DNA of 64,000 bases from Antedon mediterranea. Its lineage: Eukaryota; Animalia; Echinodermata. The notes below the pieces were generated by a model. That model was not told the DNA's origin and did no database searches. It saw only the letters and a list, made by a program, of their open reading frames with translations. The DNA is taken from the NCBI RefSeq assembly GCF_964355755.1, contig NC_092678.1, positions 11,344,352 to 11,408,351 of the forward strand, in the 5' to 3' direction. This document shows, piece by piece, positions 26,430 through 41,500 of the stretch. The translations under genes were made by a program, and so were the position numbers. Numbering within the stretch: position 1 is the first letter of the stretch; the number at the start of each line of letters is the position of its first letter.

Positions 26430-26680
26430 TAAAAATAACGCTTAAAAAAGAACGACGTTTCGACTCCATCATGGGGTCATTATCAAGTCCAATGAATAAA
26501 ATATAAAACAACTAATTAAATAGCACAAGCCAAGGGTCAAAGTTTAAATAACAAAAGACCTATTGTCTAACATCCTGTCAAATGAAAAGCTTAGCTTTTA
26601 CAGAGTCACTTTGTTTATTCAGACTAGGTTTTAATTGTCTGATATACAACATTTCATAGATAAGACAGTCAAAACCACTT
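26430..26680 (-). mobile_element. Penelope-like element 3' end
   Basis: GIY-YIG C-terminal peptide FDCLIYEMLYIRQLKPSLNKQSDS followed by a hammerhead motif. Confidence 0.8.
26450..26490 (-). ncRNA. Minimal type I hammerhead ribozyme (U3-A8 variant)
   Basis: GGAC-UUGAUAA-U-GACCCCAUGAUGGAGUC-GAAACGUC-GUUC. Confidence 0.7.
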
Positions 26681-28444
26681 ATTAAAAAACGAGGACAAAT
26701 TGCAATATTTGGAAAAAATATTAAAAATATTAAATAAGGTAGGAAGTTAAGCCATTTTTCTTTCTTGTTGAATGCTGACAGTAGTTGTTGTGGCACTCAA
26801 AAATATGATATTGAATGCAGTTATCAATTTAATGAATGAATGGTTCATAATTGCCTATCAACTACCCCAAAATGTCAGGAGTGTTATGGTTAAACTATAT
26901 TAGAATTGCGATTAATGTATATTGTTATAATAAGTACAGTATTTCCCATTAGAATTGTAATGTTTGTGTAAACACACATCTTTTTTACCACTATTATGTC
27001 TACCTCATGATTTTGAAGGGACTTGTTTTGCTCTCATAACCATGCTATAATAGTAAATACTAATGTCAGGAGTGTAATACCCCACAGAGCAATGTACTGT
27101 ATAGCATTACAATAGCGGAACACTGTATTGCCATACCCTGTAGTGAAATCCAAACTTTCAGTATTTATTGGTTTTACCAAGTTGTCATTTTTAAAAATAG
27201 TTACAAGCTTCTGTACAACAGATTATTTGAAAAATAAAAACTTTTAGCATACTGGTTTTAAAACATATGATTTTTTTTTTATATTTATTATATTTTTTCT
27301 ATCTTTGTCTACTGTATGTAAAAAAATTGTATTTTTTCTGTTATCCAATTAGTATACTGACAGTTGAAACTTACAAATATTATACTAATAAATACTTATA
27401 AAAATCAAAAGAAGTGTTTACATATTTTTTTCAAAAAATAAAATTGTTTTTTTGTATTAAACATGTAAAAAAAAAAGGTTAATCAAATTGTTTTGTCAGA
27501 TCCTTGATTTGTTCCCTAGAATGTAACCTTGTGTCAACATAATAAGACATAAATGGTAGTAATATGCAAGAAAAAAAATTCAATATGTCCCAATTTGGAG
27601 CCATTTTTTTCAAAACTGCCCATTTACGTTTTCTATACTGTTTAGTGTTAACAGTGTTATGGGCAATTTCACAGTAACCTAGGCCATCAGTAATAACTGA
27701 GAAATAAGCAAATAGCTCTTCATCAGGTTGTATTTGTCTGATTTAGTTTGTCATTTTTGATAAATCACCTGATGGGCAAACTACAAATAAAAATTGTATT
27801 GAGCTACGATGAAAACTTTTGTTACAGCAGCCAAAAATGTCATGTTTTTGGACAAAATTGAGTGTCTCATTACAAAAGATCATTTTTATGAAATGCATTG
27901 TTGTTGTTTGTATGTATATATATTTATAAGAATTATGTACATTTAAATTGGTTGATCTACCCCCAAACGTATAAGGTGTAAACAATGAGTGTGAAATGTA
28001 TACATGTTTAACTTTTTTGTTGTTTTTATTATTGTAATTCTGTCCGTTCAAAATGTCCACTCCGACACGTTGGCTTTATCCAGAGCAAATAAGTAAGCAA
28101 GTCTACTGTTTTTCATCTATATACAACACTAATAAGATTGACCATACATTAAAACTTAAATAATATATTTAACTGACAATTTGGCTGAGTGCCGGGGAAT
28201 CGAAATCTGTCCACTCCGACACCTCATAAACTACTATTAATTTTTATGTTAATAATATAAAAAGTTGAATATTCATAGCAAAAATTATAAGCTGACATAC
28301 TACAATTAATATAATGTACATATAATGTTTCTAAACCCAAGTAATTCACTGTAATGCACTCTAATATGGTGTTCACTTAATGTCCACTCCGACACACATA
28401 TTTGATCAAAGTAAAATGGCTGATTTTTTAACAACTATGAGACA

Positions 28445-29625
28445 ATGATATGATATGCATATAACCTCTTGATTCTGTCAGGATCTTTATTTATTTATTC
28501 TTTCCTTAGCACTATTTTGTCCGTGAATTATCTTGATATCATTATCAGTTTCATCTAGCTAAGTCAATTTTTCAGAGTATATTCATTATGGCCAGGAATC
28601 GATGTGTTTATGTTTTCACGGTGCGCAATCAAACATTACGCGGTCTACGCGCGATTTAACGAAATCACGTTTGTAATCATATCTTCACAAGCATGAATCA
28701 CTTTTAAACAAAATTTGGTACTCATAAATTTCAGGTCATATTTCATCATATGGCAATACAATTACGTGCGTAGCGCATATAATGCATGCGTAAAAAGTTC
28801 TAAATTGTCAGAATTTATTTCGATGAAATTAGAGTACGTTTCAGGCAATTTTAAGCATTTAAAAAATTGCCACGTTAATGCGCACTATTTTTGTCCGATT
28901 ACTGTTGTATAACCTTTCTTTAATAATATCATATTTTCAACGCGAAACAGCGTTATGCGAGCATGTCAAAAGTGACAGGCTACGCACGTGTGTAAGTTAA
29001 CAAAATGGTGAAAATATGCTAATCATGCTAGTCATCATTAATGGCATATTAAATTTTAAAAAATTAATTTCGACAATCAAACAACATTTTCTTAGGTCGA
29101 AATAACGAACTTAACATTAACTTTATTAAAGTTAAAAGTATATAGTTTGACAGTGCATCATTTTTTTAAAGATGTCATCATAGAAAAACATTACAATTCA
29201 TTGCGGTATGTAATAATCTATCTGTACCAAAGTGGTTACTGCATAGTAAATACACGAGGAATCTTTCTATAACTTTTAGTCAGTTGTGTTTGGCTCGGTG
29301 GTCTTTACTCGTGTCTATAGCATTCAAGGTACCGAGTTCGAGTCTCACCTTGGGAAACGAAACAAAAAAAGATTTTTTTTTTTATCCGTATTGTTTGTTC
29401 AATTGTATTTCTTAGTGTATAGATTATACACATTACACACATTTATAATGAAATCTAGATAAAAACACAAATGTGGTTTATGACATTATAATACGCAGAA
29501 GGATCTTTGATCGGATTATGATACCAGCTATTGTATTTGCGTTAGCAAGATCCTATCATATATAAATAAGTCTAAAGATTCTGAGAAAATCAATCAATCA
29601 ATTATCTTTATTTAAATCAACCACA
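28445..29625 (+). mobile_element. HINE copy related to the 12800 element
   Basis: TGCATATAACCTCTTG 5' motif; shared 3' block including a tRNA-like segment. Confidence 0.55.
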
Positions 29626-29997
29626 AATTAACAATCCTTTGTTAAAAGACAGTTTTTATCATACTAAAGCTTAAAAAGTACAAAATGTTTAACACTGTAC
29701 ACTTATGAAGTGCCAACTGGTTGGTTTTAATGTGTTTATGGAATAGTAAGACCATTAATTTTTTGATTTGGATAAAACGTTCTATGACAAATTTAATTTT
29801 GTCTTACTCAAATGATGTTTTAGGCGTGGTCATGAGTGTTATACTGTAGTTGTACATTTTTGTTTTGTGTCAATTGGTGTCACTGTCATGTACTTATGCA
29901 TAAAATAGCAAATTGAATTCATGCTTAATATAATAACAAAGTTTTTAATTTATTTATACTGTTATTCATGTCCAAAAATGTCTCCGACACAAATGAA

Positions 29998-30726
29998 GGG
30001 TATTGCTAAACACCGCAAACCCCCGCAAACCTCCAAAAAAACATAGCAAACCCCACCGAACCAAATAAAAGTGATTGAATCATGTAGTGTACAACGCACT
30101 GGGTATATCAATGTAAAAAAATAATTAAATTTCTACTGTTAACAACTTATTTTTGGGGTAAAACATCATTTTTTGGTCAAAAATGATTGCTAAACCCCGC
30201 AAACCTCCAAAAAACCATAGCAAACCCCACCGAACCAACATAAAAGTGATTGAATAATGTAGTGTACGACCCACTGGGTATATAAATTATTAAATTTCTA
30301 CTGTTAGTGTTAACTACTTTTTTGGGGATAAAACATCATTTTTTGGTTAAATATTAGCAATCATTTTTGACCAAAAAATGATGTTTTACCCAAAAAATAA
30401 GTAGTTAACAGTAGAAATTTAATATTTTTACATGGATATACCCAGTGGGTTGTACACTACATGATTCAATCAGTTTTATGTTGGTTCGATGGGGTTTGCT
30501 ATATTTTTTTGGAGGTTTGCAGGGTTTAGCAATCATTTTTGACCAAAAAATGATGTTTTACCCCAAAAATAATTAGTTAACTAACAGTAAAAATGTATTA
30601 TTTTTTTTACATGGATATACCCAGTGGGTTGTACACTACATGATTCAATCACTTTTATGTTGGTTCGATGGGGTTTGCTATGTTTTTTTGGAGGTTTGCG
30701 GGGGTTTGCGGGGTTTAGCAATACCC
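29998..30726. mobile_element. Palindromic foldback MITE with 8-bp TSD
   Basis: GGGTATTGCTAAAC...GTTTAGCAATACCC; TSD CAAATGAA; each arm has two subunits; fragment at 41408-41494. Confidence 0.88.
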
Positions 30727-31063
30727 CAAATGAACAATCCTTGTTAAACGACAGTTTTTATCATGGTAAAGCTTAAAAGTACAAAATGTTAACACAGTAA
30801 GCTGTAGAAGTGGCAATTAGTTGGTTTTATGGTGTTTGTAGCTATATAATTATAATACCACAAATTTTTTATTTGAGTCTAGTGTTTGCTAATTATTCAA
30901 CATTTATTGTTAAAATTCTCAGACAAATTTAATTTTTCCACTCATATGATGTTTATATAAAGCGCGAGTACATTTTTTGAATTGATACTCTGTACTAGTA
31001 TTAGTAATTAAATATTAGCCAAATAAGTAGTGGCTTTTGTGTTATAATAAAAAATATTGAGAT

Positions 31064-33252
31064 GGGCAATTCCATGGTCACTCGCATTACACATTACAGT
31101 CATTTTTGTTAGTCTAAGCTTTGTACTTTCTATACTAATTGGATTTTTAAGTCAATGTTTTATATGAACATACTTTAGGTGCAAGTCTTTAATAAAATAC
31201 TATAAAAAAAATTGTATGTCTTTTACTTTGACAATGACGCCATTGCGAAATTCTGTCACACGCATTACACAAAAAGGACACAACAAAAATTTGATTAGAT
31301 TTAATAAGAACGTGTCCTTAAACTAAAAATATATGAATCAAAAGATCTTATATTTTTAATTGCTGTACTTTTAAAGTATAAAATAGGATAATAAAAAAAT
31401 TCAATATTACATAGATTTTAAAAATATTTTACATTTTAACAAAAAAGTCCCGTCACTCGCATTACTGTCACTCGCATTACCGTAAGAAATGAACTTAGTA
31501 TTTACTAAGCAAAGCAGAAAGAAAAGTAGACAATAATTAAATAATGCAACATTAAACCACTCAAAGAATTTTATATCAATTTTCAAGTAAAAACTTTTAT
31601 TTCAACTCATTTGGATGAAGTTCTAAAGGACATCATCTATTTTTAACACTAACAGAATATCTTGATTTTTTACAAACACAGTAACAGAACACTTATACGG
31701 TCACTAAAAATGAAAATAGAAAATTCAAACAGCCATTTTACAAATTATGGAACTCAAAGCTCTTCGCAAACCAGCATCAAGCATTCTTTTTGCCCTGGTA
31801 GTGGCTTTAGCAAAGCCATAGCACTTCTAAAAGGTGATGGCCCGTCTGATGCCAAAGCAGCCTTCTTTGCTCTGAACTAATAGCCACACGTTTTCTATTA
31901 GCAACTTTAAGAGCATCAATCTTCTGCTTCTTCAAAGCTGGTGGCAGAGCTAGAATTTTCTCTTTTCTTTTACTTTTTTACTTCTTTTCGAAATTTCATT
32001 TTGTTTGTTTCTGTATGAGGTGTATTTTCCCTCGACTTTCCGTTTTTCTAGGTACTTTCTCTGTCGTTCGGCCATTTCTAAAGGCAGGATGCAAATGTGA
32101 ATGATATTTTAAAATTATTTTTAAATAATAAGCAATTATATATTTTGTTTTTAAAACTACAATGCTTTAGACCTGGTGGTGTAAAATATGCCTAGTAAAT
32201 AATAATATATAAATAATAATAATAATATATAAATAAATTATTATAGCCTAGGCCTATATGCGGTGTTTTCAAATTATAGAATTTGAAATAATTAACACTA
32301 ACAATATAAGAAAAAAAACTTAAAAATTGTGATTAAATATAAATGTATACTTATTCTTACCTTCTTATCTTCACAAAAGATTGTACCAAATTTGTTAAAT
32401 CTCACCAGATTTAGTGTTTTTTATTTAATGAGCTCTTATAATGATTGATTTTTCAAATGATTTAACTGCAAAAAGGTCGTTGCTAGGGATTGTGCCCTCA
32501 ACAAACCTAATGCTATAATTATTATACTGTAGTGCCTCCAAATAAGGGCCAAATCACACATTGTATTATGAAATTAATGTATATACTAATTCTGGGACTA
32601 ATTCATAACTAATGATAGATTAATTACTATTTTACTTTACAAAAAAAAAGAGTTTTAGTAATGTCACTCGCATTACATTGTCCATTTTTTAACGTCACTC
32701 GCATTACATGTCACTCGCATTTCACTTTTCAATGTCTCAACAATTTTGTATTTACGGGGATTTTTTATTTTTATTTGTCAAATTTTAATTGTTCAAAGTA
32801 GTATAGCTAAATTATAAAATTTCATTAAAAAAAATTATCATCATGATGGTATAAAAAAAAAATCATTTTTTTTGTCACGCGCATTACATACCCTAATATA
32901 TAACAGAATATACACAGCACTCCTATATGGGATATTCAACATTTGTAGTTATATCATATTTTCCATACATCTTAAGTGTACTACCGTATTACTTAGACAT
33001 GTTACTTTATAAATATTGCTTTGTTGGGAAAATAATAATCAGTTAACGTAATTACCTATTTTTCACACCTAAAAAAAAATATATATTCAACATTGAATAA
33101 ACGTAATTTTTTGGCTGCAAAAAGTCATAAATGAATTGAAAAAGTTAAAAACCTAGTTCCCACATATTCAAAGAGTAACATAAACACAAATTTTGAGCTG
33201 ACTAATTAATTTGAATTTTTTTGGTCATGTCCATGTTTGCATGGAATTGCCC
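31064..33252. mobile_element. TIR DNA transposon remnant
   Basis: GGGCAATTCCATG...CATGGAATTGCCC; about eight internal GTCACTCGCATTAC motifs; no clean TSD. Confidence 0.6.
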
Positions 33253-34683
33253 TTATGTTGATTTCGAAATTTTTCAATAAAATTCTTGCAGTTACTAAAT
33301 TCCTACTATTACTGTGAAAATGTCCAGATAGTTGTAGCTTTATAATATTATTTTTTATTAAATATAAACCTGTATGTTTCAAAATTAATTGAAAAATATG
33401 TTTAAAAAAAAGGACTCTGAATGTTTGACCCTGTGAGACACTTCTTGGTGACCAAAAGAATTAAAAGAAAAAAGAATTTAAATGGAACTAGTTGAATATT
33501 TATTAGCAACAATTTTACTTTTTTCATTAACAATAACATTCAAAGAAGTTGGAACTGCTTTTTCTTTCATACTAAACTTAACTTAATATTTTCCTTTCAA
33601 ATAATCAAATACTGTACCTGTCTAATTAATGCTTGAATAACAATATTTAATTTCTTTCTATGTACATTTTATAGCTTTACATTAACATTAAAAATTAGTT
33701 AAAAACCTTATTTTTTATAACACTTTATCTTGCCAGTACCCATACTTACTAATTATAGTTAATAACAATATGTAAAATATTAATTTATTTATTTCAAATA
33801 ATCAATTATTATTGATGTTTGTTATAGTTAATAACAATATTTACAATATTAATTAATTTATTTAAAATAATCAAATATCCGTCTAATTAATGTTTGAATA
33901 ACAATATTTAATTTCTTCCTATAGGCTAAAAAATAAAAGCAATAGTGGATGGAACTTTAGACTTTACTTTTGACTGTTCAGACTTTACGAAAATAAAAGA
34001 CGCTAAAGATAAATTATGCTGTGTGAATTAGATGATGCACACAAACACATAACGAAAGTATAAAATGCCAAGCTATATTATTTTGGGTGTTTTTAGTTGT
34101 GTATTAATTATTTGATACATAGAGATAAAATAAAAAAGTGGACACAAATCGAATGAAAAACCCATTGCTGCGGAAACATGAATTTTTAAGTTTATTCATT
34201 TACATTTTATTTTTATTTCACTGGTTTTGATATTTTGCAATTTATTTTGTATGTACTTATTGATCTTTTGCAATTATTGACAAGTATGTCTATTGTTAAT
34301 ATTTAATATTATTTATGGTTCCTCCATACTTTTATCGGCAGGCCTAGCGATGATTTTCACGAAGCAAGCTGGCGATGGATTTCTGAAGGTGCTTAATTAT
34401 TAATTGATTAAAAATAGTTATAGATAAAAGATTATCAATTTTTTGTTAATCAATTATCTATCGTATGTGTTACCTCCATTTTATTTTGATGACAAGTTTT
34501 TTTTTCGAATGGCTCGATGTTTTCGATCTTGTCTTGTTTCATAAAAATTTTATTAATTTGACTTTTTAAAATTAAAATGCCTAAATTTCTGTTTTTTTAG
34601 GTATTCAAATCAATACAGTGCAGGTTCTGCTAAGCATATTTCCTACAAATGTACCTGAAACTAATGCTCACCATTGCAGCATT

Positions 34684-35554
34684 ATGTCAAAACTCTATTT
34701 CTTTGATCAGAAACTTCAACGCAAACTAAAGAAGAGGTCACGAAAATTTCCAGATGAACTCCCAAGAAGTCTTAGGTTTGCGAACTTAAATCCTAGATTA
34801 GCCGCCTTTCTTTCACAACAAGATAAACAACAAAGGCTTGTTGGAATGAAACAAGAAGGACTTGCCAATGAAAGAACAGTGTTTGACAATTGTGAAATCA
34901 GTGAAGATGTGGTGGGTGACCAAACTAAAGGAAGCATCCTCCCTGATATCCATGGAAGTGAAAGTCTCTTTCGACGAATTTCAATGCTAAGAAGCCTTCA
35001 CGGTGGCACTCTAGAAGATGCAGCATTTGAATTTGAAGGTGAATTTGCACAAAGGCAGTTTTATAAGGAAGCAGTGGTCGCCGCACCAGCTCTTCTCCTA
35101 CATTTGGCAAAAGTCTTGTATATTTTTGAAAATGAGCATTTAAATATGCCTAGAGAGGTTATCAACGAAATGCTGTACAACTTTAAAGATTTGATCAAAG
35201 AAGCTCAGTACACAAAGCGAGAATGGCAGTGTCATGAGAACTGGTTGATACACAAACAAAATGAGGATGCCAAAAATGCTGTCAATGCAAAATTAATTGA
35301 GGAAGATCATTTTGAAAATAAAGAGAATGATAATGACATTTTTGTTGAGGGGGAAAAGAAAAAAAAACGGAAAAAAAAATCAGAAGTAGATGACAGTGAT
35401 ACATGTAATAAAAGCAATAAAGATGAGGCAATGATGATGACATGTGTAAAAAGTAATGACTTCTCAAAGACCTCACATATTAGTCTAGGTCATCACCATT
35501 CCAGAGTTATATCAAGAAGTGAAAAAAATAGGAATTGCCTTAAACCAGATCATG
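34684..35554 (+). CDS. C3orf20: C3orf20-like coding exon 1 (acceptor at 34600, so a 5' UTR exon lies upstream)
   Basis: ORF 34618..35562; first in-frame ATG 34684; donor G|GTAAGT. Confidence 0.8.
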
Positions 35555-38500
35555 GTAAGTAAGAATACATTTATCTTTGTGTTTTATTTGACAGGATTAT
35601 GCTTGGTTCCCACTTGGACGCAAAACGTAATTTGACCAATCACAAGTAACGGATTATTTTAATTTTCACCTGTCTTTGGTCAACTCGCTTGCTTTGCACT
35701 TTACGATTTTGCATTTCATCCTTCCTAGTGGGAACAAAGCTTAAATAACAATAACATGGATAAAATTGTAAAACAATTTCATCAGGTTTCAATGTAGTAA
35801 TTTAGGTAACAAAAATTATAAACCAGTGGTTATAACCTTTACTTGTATTGTGTTCAAGACAGTTTTGTCTGGCTCACCAGCTAGACTAAAGAAGTCTACC
35901 TGTATTGATAAACTGTTTTGACAAGTTTTACCACTGACTTATAATTTATGAACCTTATACTAATTTTGCATAGAAATAATACCCCTTTCACACCAAAACT
36001 CCAGAGTGTCTCCGGAGACACCCCGGGGTTTATGACCATTCAAAACGTTGAGGAGCTCCGGAGATACCCTTTTCACACCAACCTAGCAACACCGGGGTTT
36101 ATAAAATAAAATTGTAACTGTCGCCCTCTATTTTGTTTGTTTACATAGCGACGATCATTAGAATAATTTTAATTAACAATATTATTTTAAATTTAATCAT
36201 TACTTTCAAAAGTCTCAGAAGTAATATAATGTTTTATTGATACTACTTATTATTTTTTAAACCCGATATATATTTTGTACAAATATTTAAAGTATTTTGA
36301 AATAAAACTAAAGCAATGAGTGATCGTGTGAGGATGACCTTTTGACCCGAAACACTCCGGAGTTTGATGTTGGTACCTTTCACACCAAAACACTGGAGTG
36401 TCCCCGCAGTTCGCTCTCCGGAGAATGTTCAGCTGTTCAACCCTGCAGTTTTAAACTCCGGAGTTGCTTGATTTTACCTTTCACACCAAACAGCGGGGCG
36501 TCAACTCCGGGATGTCTCCGGAGTTTTGCTTTTGGTGTGAAAGTTATAGTATAGGTATAGTTAAAGGCGATTTTAAATCAAGTATGAAAGATTATATTTT
36601 ATTTTAATTGAAATTTGCTTGATTAAAAATTCTAACACAATTAGATAATGTTTTTAAAAAGTAACGTTTGGCAATTGTTTATAATGTCAGCATGGATGGA
36701 AGCAACCATATTAATGTACTGTATGTATAGCACTTTTGATTTGAATATAATTTAAGAATGGCTTTTTTCTTTAGGAAGCAGTGGTGACAGGTTAAGAGTG
36801 CTCTCAACACGAAGCAAGAGTGATAGCATGTCAATGTTTTCAGAAGGTTATCCTGATGGACAAAGTACTTTTTTATTTGTTGCTTTCAATTCATATTTTC
36901 TTATGACATTTTTTTCAAAATAAATGACTTAAGTGTATACAAATATGCAAAAAAATTATTATAAAATTAATTAGTTTATTTATTTCTTTAATATTTAAAA
37001 AAAGCATACTTGGATATAAAATGATAAAAATAGCATATAGGCCTTCATAGTGATTTCAATCATTTTATTGTATTCCAGGTATTCATCAACCTAGCTTTCT
37101 TCAAGTCATCAACTTCTCAATGCAATCTAAAGTTTGTGAGGATAAAGGATGGATCATTCACCAGAATGTAGAAGAAATACAAATAGCCAAGCAGACTCTA
37201 GTACACTGGGCTCAAGAAAGATTAAAAATGAGCATATTGCAAGCGTAAGAATAGAACCTATAGGATTTTAGATAAAAAAGTCTGGAAACAAAGTGAGGAA
37301 GAGAAAAAAATGGAATGGAAATACAAGTAATTAGTGTCACACTAAGGGTCACAAATTAAAAACGCAATAATAAGTCAAAGAACAAATTTAGTAAACGCAA
37401 AATGTAGAAAGGCAAGTCATTTAGCAGGAAAGACAGTGGACAACAGGGAAATAAGACAAAAACATAAAGAGATCACCTCTAAACAAATGCAGCAACTACT
37501 TACACAAGAACAGAAATGGTTGGCTGCATTCAACAGAGAATTATGGAGCCATAAATGATTGAATATTTTTAGTCATACCCATTCACCTACCTGTATTTTT
37601 ATGTTTGTTTTTGTCTTTAGTCAACAGCAGCAATGTAGAATGCATGAACTGGGCTATGACAAGCCACTTATCAACCGATATTATGGTGACACGAGGCGTG
37701 AAAACATAATGAAGTACACAAGTAAGAAAAATGCAAAAGAAAAAGGTTTGCAGTCTATGAACAAATTACCACATCCCAAGATACCAACAATGATTCAAGA
37801 TAACCATCCAAAGTTCTACACTAGCCTGCCTGATGGTTGTGCAGTTGTTTAGTATCCTTTTTGTACTTGATTTAGGTGTAAATGTTATTATGTACAGTAG
37901 AAAGAATTAATGTTTGCCTATTAAATTTACTTTATAAACTTTTTAGATATGGTTTGATCGAAATGAACATTTGATCCCGAGGTACGCCGAAGATATTCCC
38001 TATATTGGGCATGTGTGTGTACTGTGTTGTGGTCTGTTAACCTCAGATATATATACCCTACAGCCCGGCGAATAACTCAGTGTAACAAAGAGCGAGCTAG
38101 ACGCTGGTAGTAGGAGTGCGTGTGTTTTGAAAATAGCTCAGTCGTGGGTATTTTCTGAAGATTTTAAATCATGTTTTCTTTTTAAATTCTTGACTTCATA
38201 CAGTAAATAGTAAATATATCATAAACTCTTTGCTCTTTCATAAAGCTCTGTCTACACTATCAAACTTTATGTGACAAAAAAGTGATGTGCCCATATGGAC
38301 ATGATAATGTCATATCACTATCATATTTTTCATCACACTTTTTTGTCAAACTAGTTTGATAGTGTAGACAGAGCTTAATATTATGTTTACTGTTTCTAAA
38401 AAGTTGTAAAGACACCAACATTGCAAATATTAATAGTAAAAATACTTCAAACCCTAATGACATTGCTGCTACACTAAATGCTTATTTTTAAATCTTGGCC

Positions 38501-41500
38501 CTAAATTAGCAGAAAAGACACCAAGTTATACGGATGAAGGAGTAAACAAACAAACTTGAAAAAAATTAAATGTAAAACACTATCTTCACATGTTGACTAT
38601 TGCTGTGTTATCTGGGGCAATGCCATAGTAAAAATGCTTTGAGAAACTCCGCTGCCAAGATTATTACAAGAAGCCTCACAAAACTTTATACCCATCAATT
38701 CTTGATGTTTTGTAAAAATAATGCATATATAATATTAAAAACCAGGTCATTTCTTGTCTTAAATGTATGTTTAAGGTTAAGTATAAAAAAAAGAGAAAAA
38801 CAATGCACTACTTAAGTAGCTATCGTCGAATATTCTAGACGTCTCTAGATCTAGCTTAGTTAGCCTTAGTTTTGTAGGCCTGGTCAAAGAGCGGTAACGT
38901 ACAAACACTGTATGCTAGCTATAGTACTAGCCGGACATCTTGTTGCTGAATTAATTGTCTTTCCTCCTTTTTTGGCAGAATCTGTTAATACAAATTGGGG
39001 ATTAAAACAATTTGTTTACCTTTACAAGCAATCAATCAAAGTGGGTGCATCACATCACAATATGGAAATATCAACCCGCACGCGATGTATCCTGGTATTT
39101 ATAGCTTGACTTTTTGTAACCGTTTAATGGCGAAAAACTTAATAGGTCCATATATTATTTATTTTTATATAAAATATAGTGTGTAGAAGCAATAATTATA
39201 AAATCTTGAGTAAATGTTCCTCTATCTTTCTTTCTGACCATTTTCATATCACAGAAAATATCTATTATAGCTAATAGTAGAAACGTTAGTATTCCTAAGC
39301 TAAAACAAGCTATAAGAAAAATAGTCATTTCATAGTAATAAGCTCTGGAAAACCTTTCAGATGATCTAACCGTCTGATTTATGATGTTTTAGAGCGGTCG
39401 TCCGGGTGGGCTTATACTCGAGTGCCTCATTTTGCATAAAAATTATTCAAAAGGAGTGAAGTCGTGGCTTGGTGGTTATGATGCTTGGCTACCACTCCAA
39501 GGGTCCTGGGTTGAAGTCCCGTCATATGTCAGGATTTTTTCTAAGGACAAAATTACAACTCCACTCCCAAAGACTTGTAATAAGACTTTGTTTATGTAGA
39601 GCATCTTGTGTATATGTTTGTCTGAGGGTCCCTAATGATTAGCAATTGCTGGATGGATCACCCTCAGTAAATATGGTTTAAAAAAAAGTCGAAGATGGGC
39701 TTATACCCGAATATGGGCTTATACCCGAATATGGGCTTATAACCGCGTCAGTACAGTATTTAAATCTAGTTTAACTGCATAAATTTGGTTTTATAGTGTT
39801 ATACCTGAAAGCCAGTTTAAAAATACCTGATTGATGTCCGGAAGGACTTAGTTTATCTTTTAAATTTAGGTTTATTTTTCTTTATATTTATTTTTTTTTT
39901 TTTAATATTCAATGTTTTGTTTTTTAATTGCCTTAATGAAAAATACCTTTGGGTGAATCAATTGTTTTTTAAAAGAAAAACTTGTCTAAAAAATGAATTA
40001 TCGATTTTGGATGTGTTATTCTCCATAAAATGTAAAAATGTCTTTTGTACCAATTTTTTTCGGATAGGGCCTATATTAATTGGTCCAACTACCAGACAAT
40101 TGGTTTTCAGTACGTTTCCTTAAACTTTCTTTTTAGTTACCTCTCTGGTAGGTCTGCCATTATCATCAGTAGAAATGGTATTGATAAACCTGGAATCTAT
40201 GCCATTGTTTATGCAGACACAGATGAGCATTCCATGATTGCAACATTCACACCTTATGGAAAAGCATGTTGCTATCACCCTAATGGAGTTGCAAGGTATA
40301 CATTAAAGGTTCATAATCTCTCACTAAAATGTCTTCAAAAGTTAAAACTTATATCTTATGTAGTTTCATCCTCAATTGTGTGGATTTTACTTTTTTACAA
40401 TTCTATATAGAAGATTTGGACTTTTGACGCATCACAAAAGAATATGTAGTGTTACGAATTACTAGATTATATTTCTATGGTATTTATAGCAATTTATGGC
40501 TAAATAATGAATCTTCTCTCTCTCTCTCTCTCTCTCATACTCATCCAACAGCGAGTAACTCGCCAATTACAGGATGGATAAACTATTTAATAATTTATCG
40601 TGCTTATAAACTAAGTCTCATTTGAGGCTTAGGGAGTGGAGTTGAAAGAGTCATGAGTTACAACCCTGCACTAGGTCAGGAGTGAACCCGGGACCTTGGG
40701 ATTGGAAGGCAAGCACGTTAACCACCAAGCTACAGCTCCACTCCAATCTAAACTGTGTTATTAAACTCTAAAAGACCTAAACCTTATTATTGATTTTTTT
40801 AAATACAGATTTATAGCTATGGAGAAAACAGCAATGCTTTTGGAGATTGATGGAAAGGTATCACAAAAAATAAACTGGCCACTACCTCATACAAAGCTTG
40901 CAACACCAATCTTTATTCAACTCAATGAACAGATTAGCTTCAAATGCATCAACCGAAACCAGATGGTTTTAGGGTTTTACTGTCAGAAAGAATCTGTCAA
41001 GTTTCAAGTTGGACATAATATAAATAGTATAGAGCCACAGAGCCAAGAGGAGTTGGTAAGAAATTCTGTTTAATGATTGCTTGTAATTCTCAGTGTGTGC
41101 TTTATGTATATTCTATACAGTTGGACTTTATAACCTGGGTGCAGTACAAATTTTGCGGGAAAAAAGTATAGGAAATTTTTTGGCCTATATAACACAAACA
41201 AATGCCTATTAACACACACAAATACCTATATATAGGGGATAGGGAAAATCAATTAACGGTTTTTGTTACTTGCAGTTGTGTTTTAATGATTAAAATTAGT
41301 AGAGGCTTACTTTAATAACTACTTCTCATAGTAGTTGATGAATCAAGTCGATACGATGACGTCATCATGCCAGAATCCAATATGGCGTCCAATTTGGCGG
41401 AAAAAACAGGGTATTGCTAAACCCCGCAAAACCTCAAAAAAACATAGCAAACCCCACCGAACAAACATAAAAGTGATTGAATCATGTAGTGTACAGGAAT

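Larger units (their letters stand above)
26038..27621. mobile_element. Non-autonomous DNA transposon, Sola-like
   Basis: TIR GGGCAGTTTTGAAAAAAATGGCTCC, 4-bp TSD ATTT, internal TGTCAGGAGTGT repeats. Confidence 0.75.

Noticed and set aside
36847-36855. GTTATCCTG as a third U12 donor
   Set aside because: Does not match RTATCCTT, and the downstream acceptor looks U2-type
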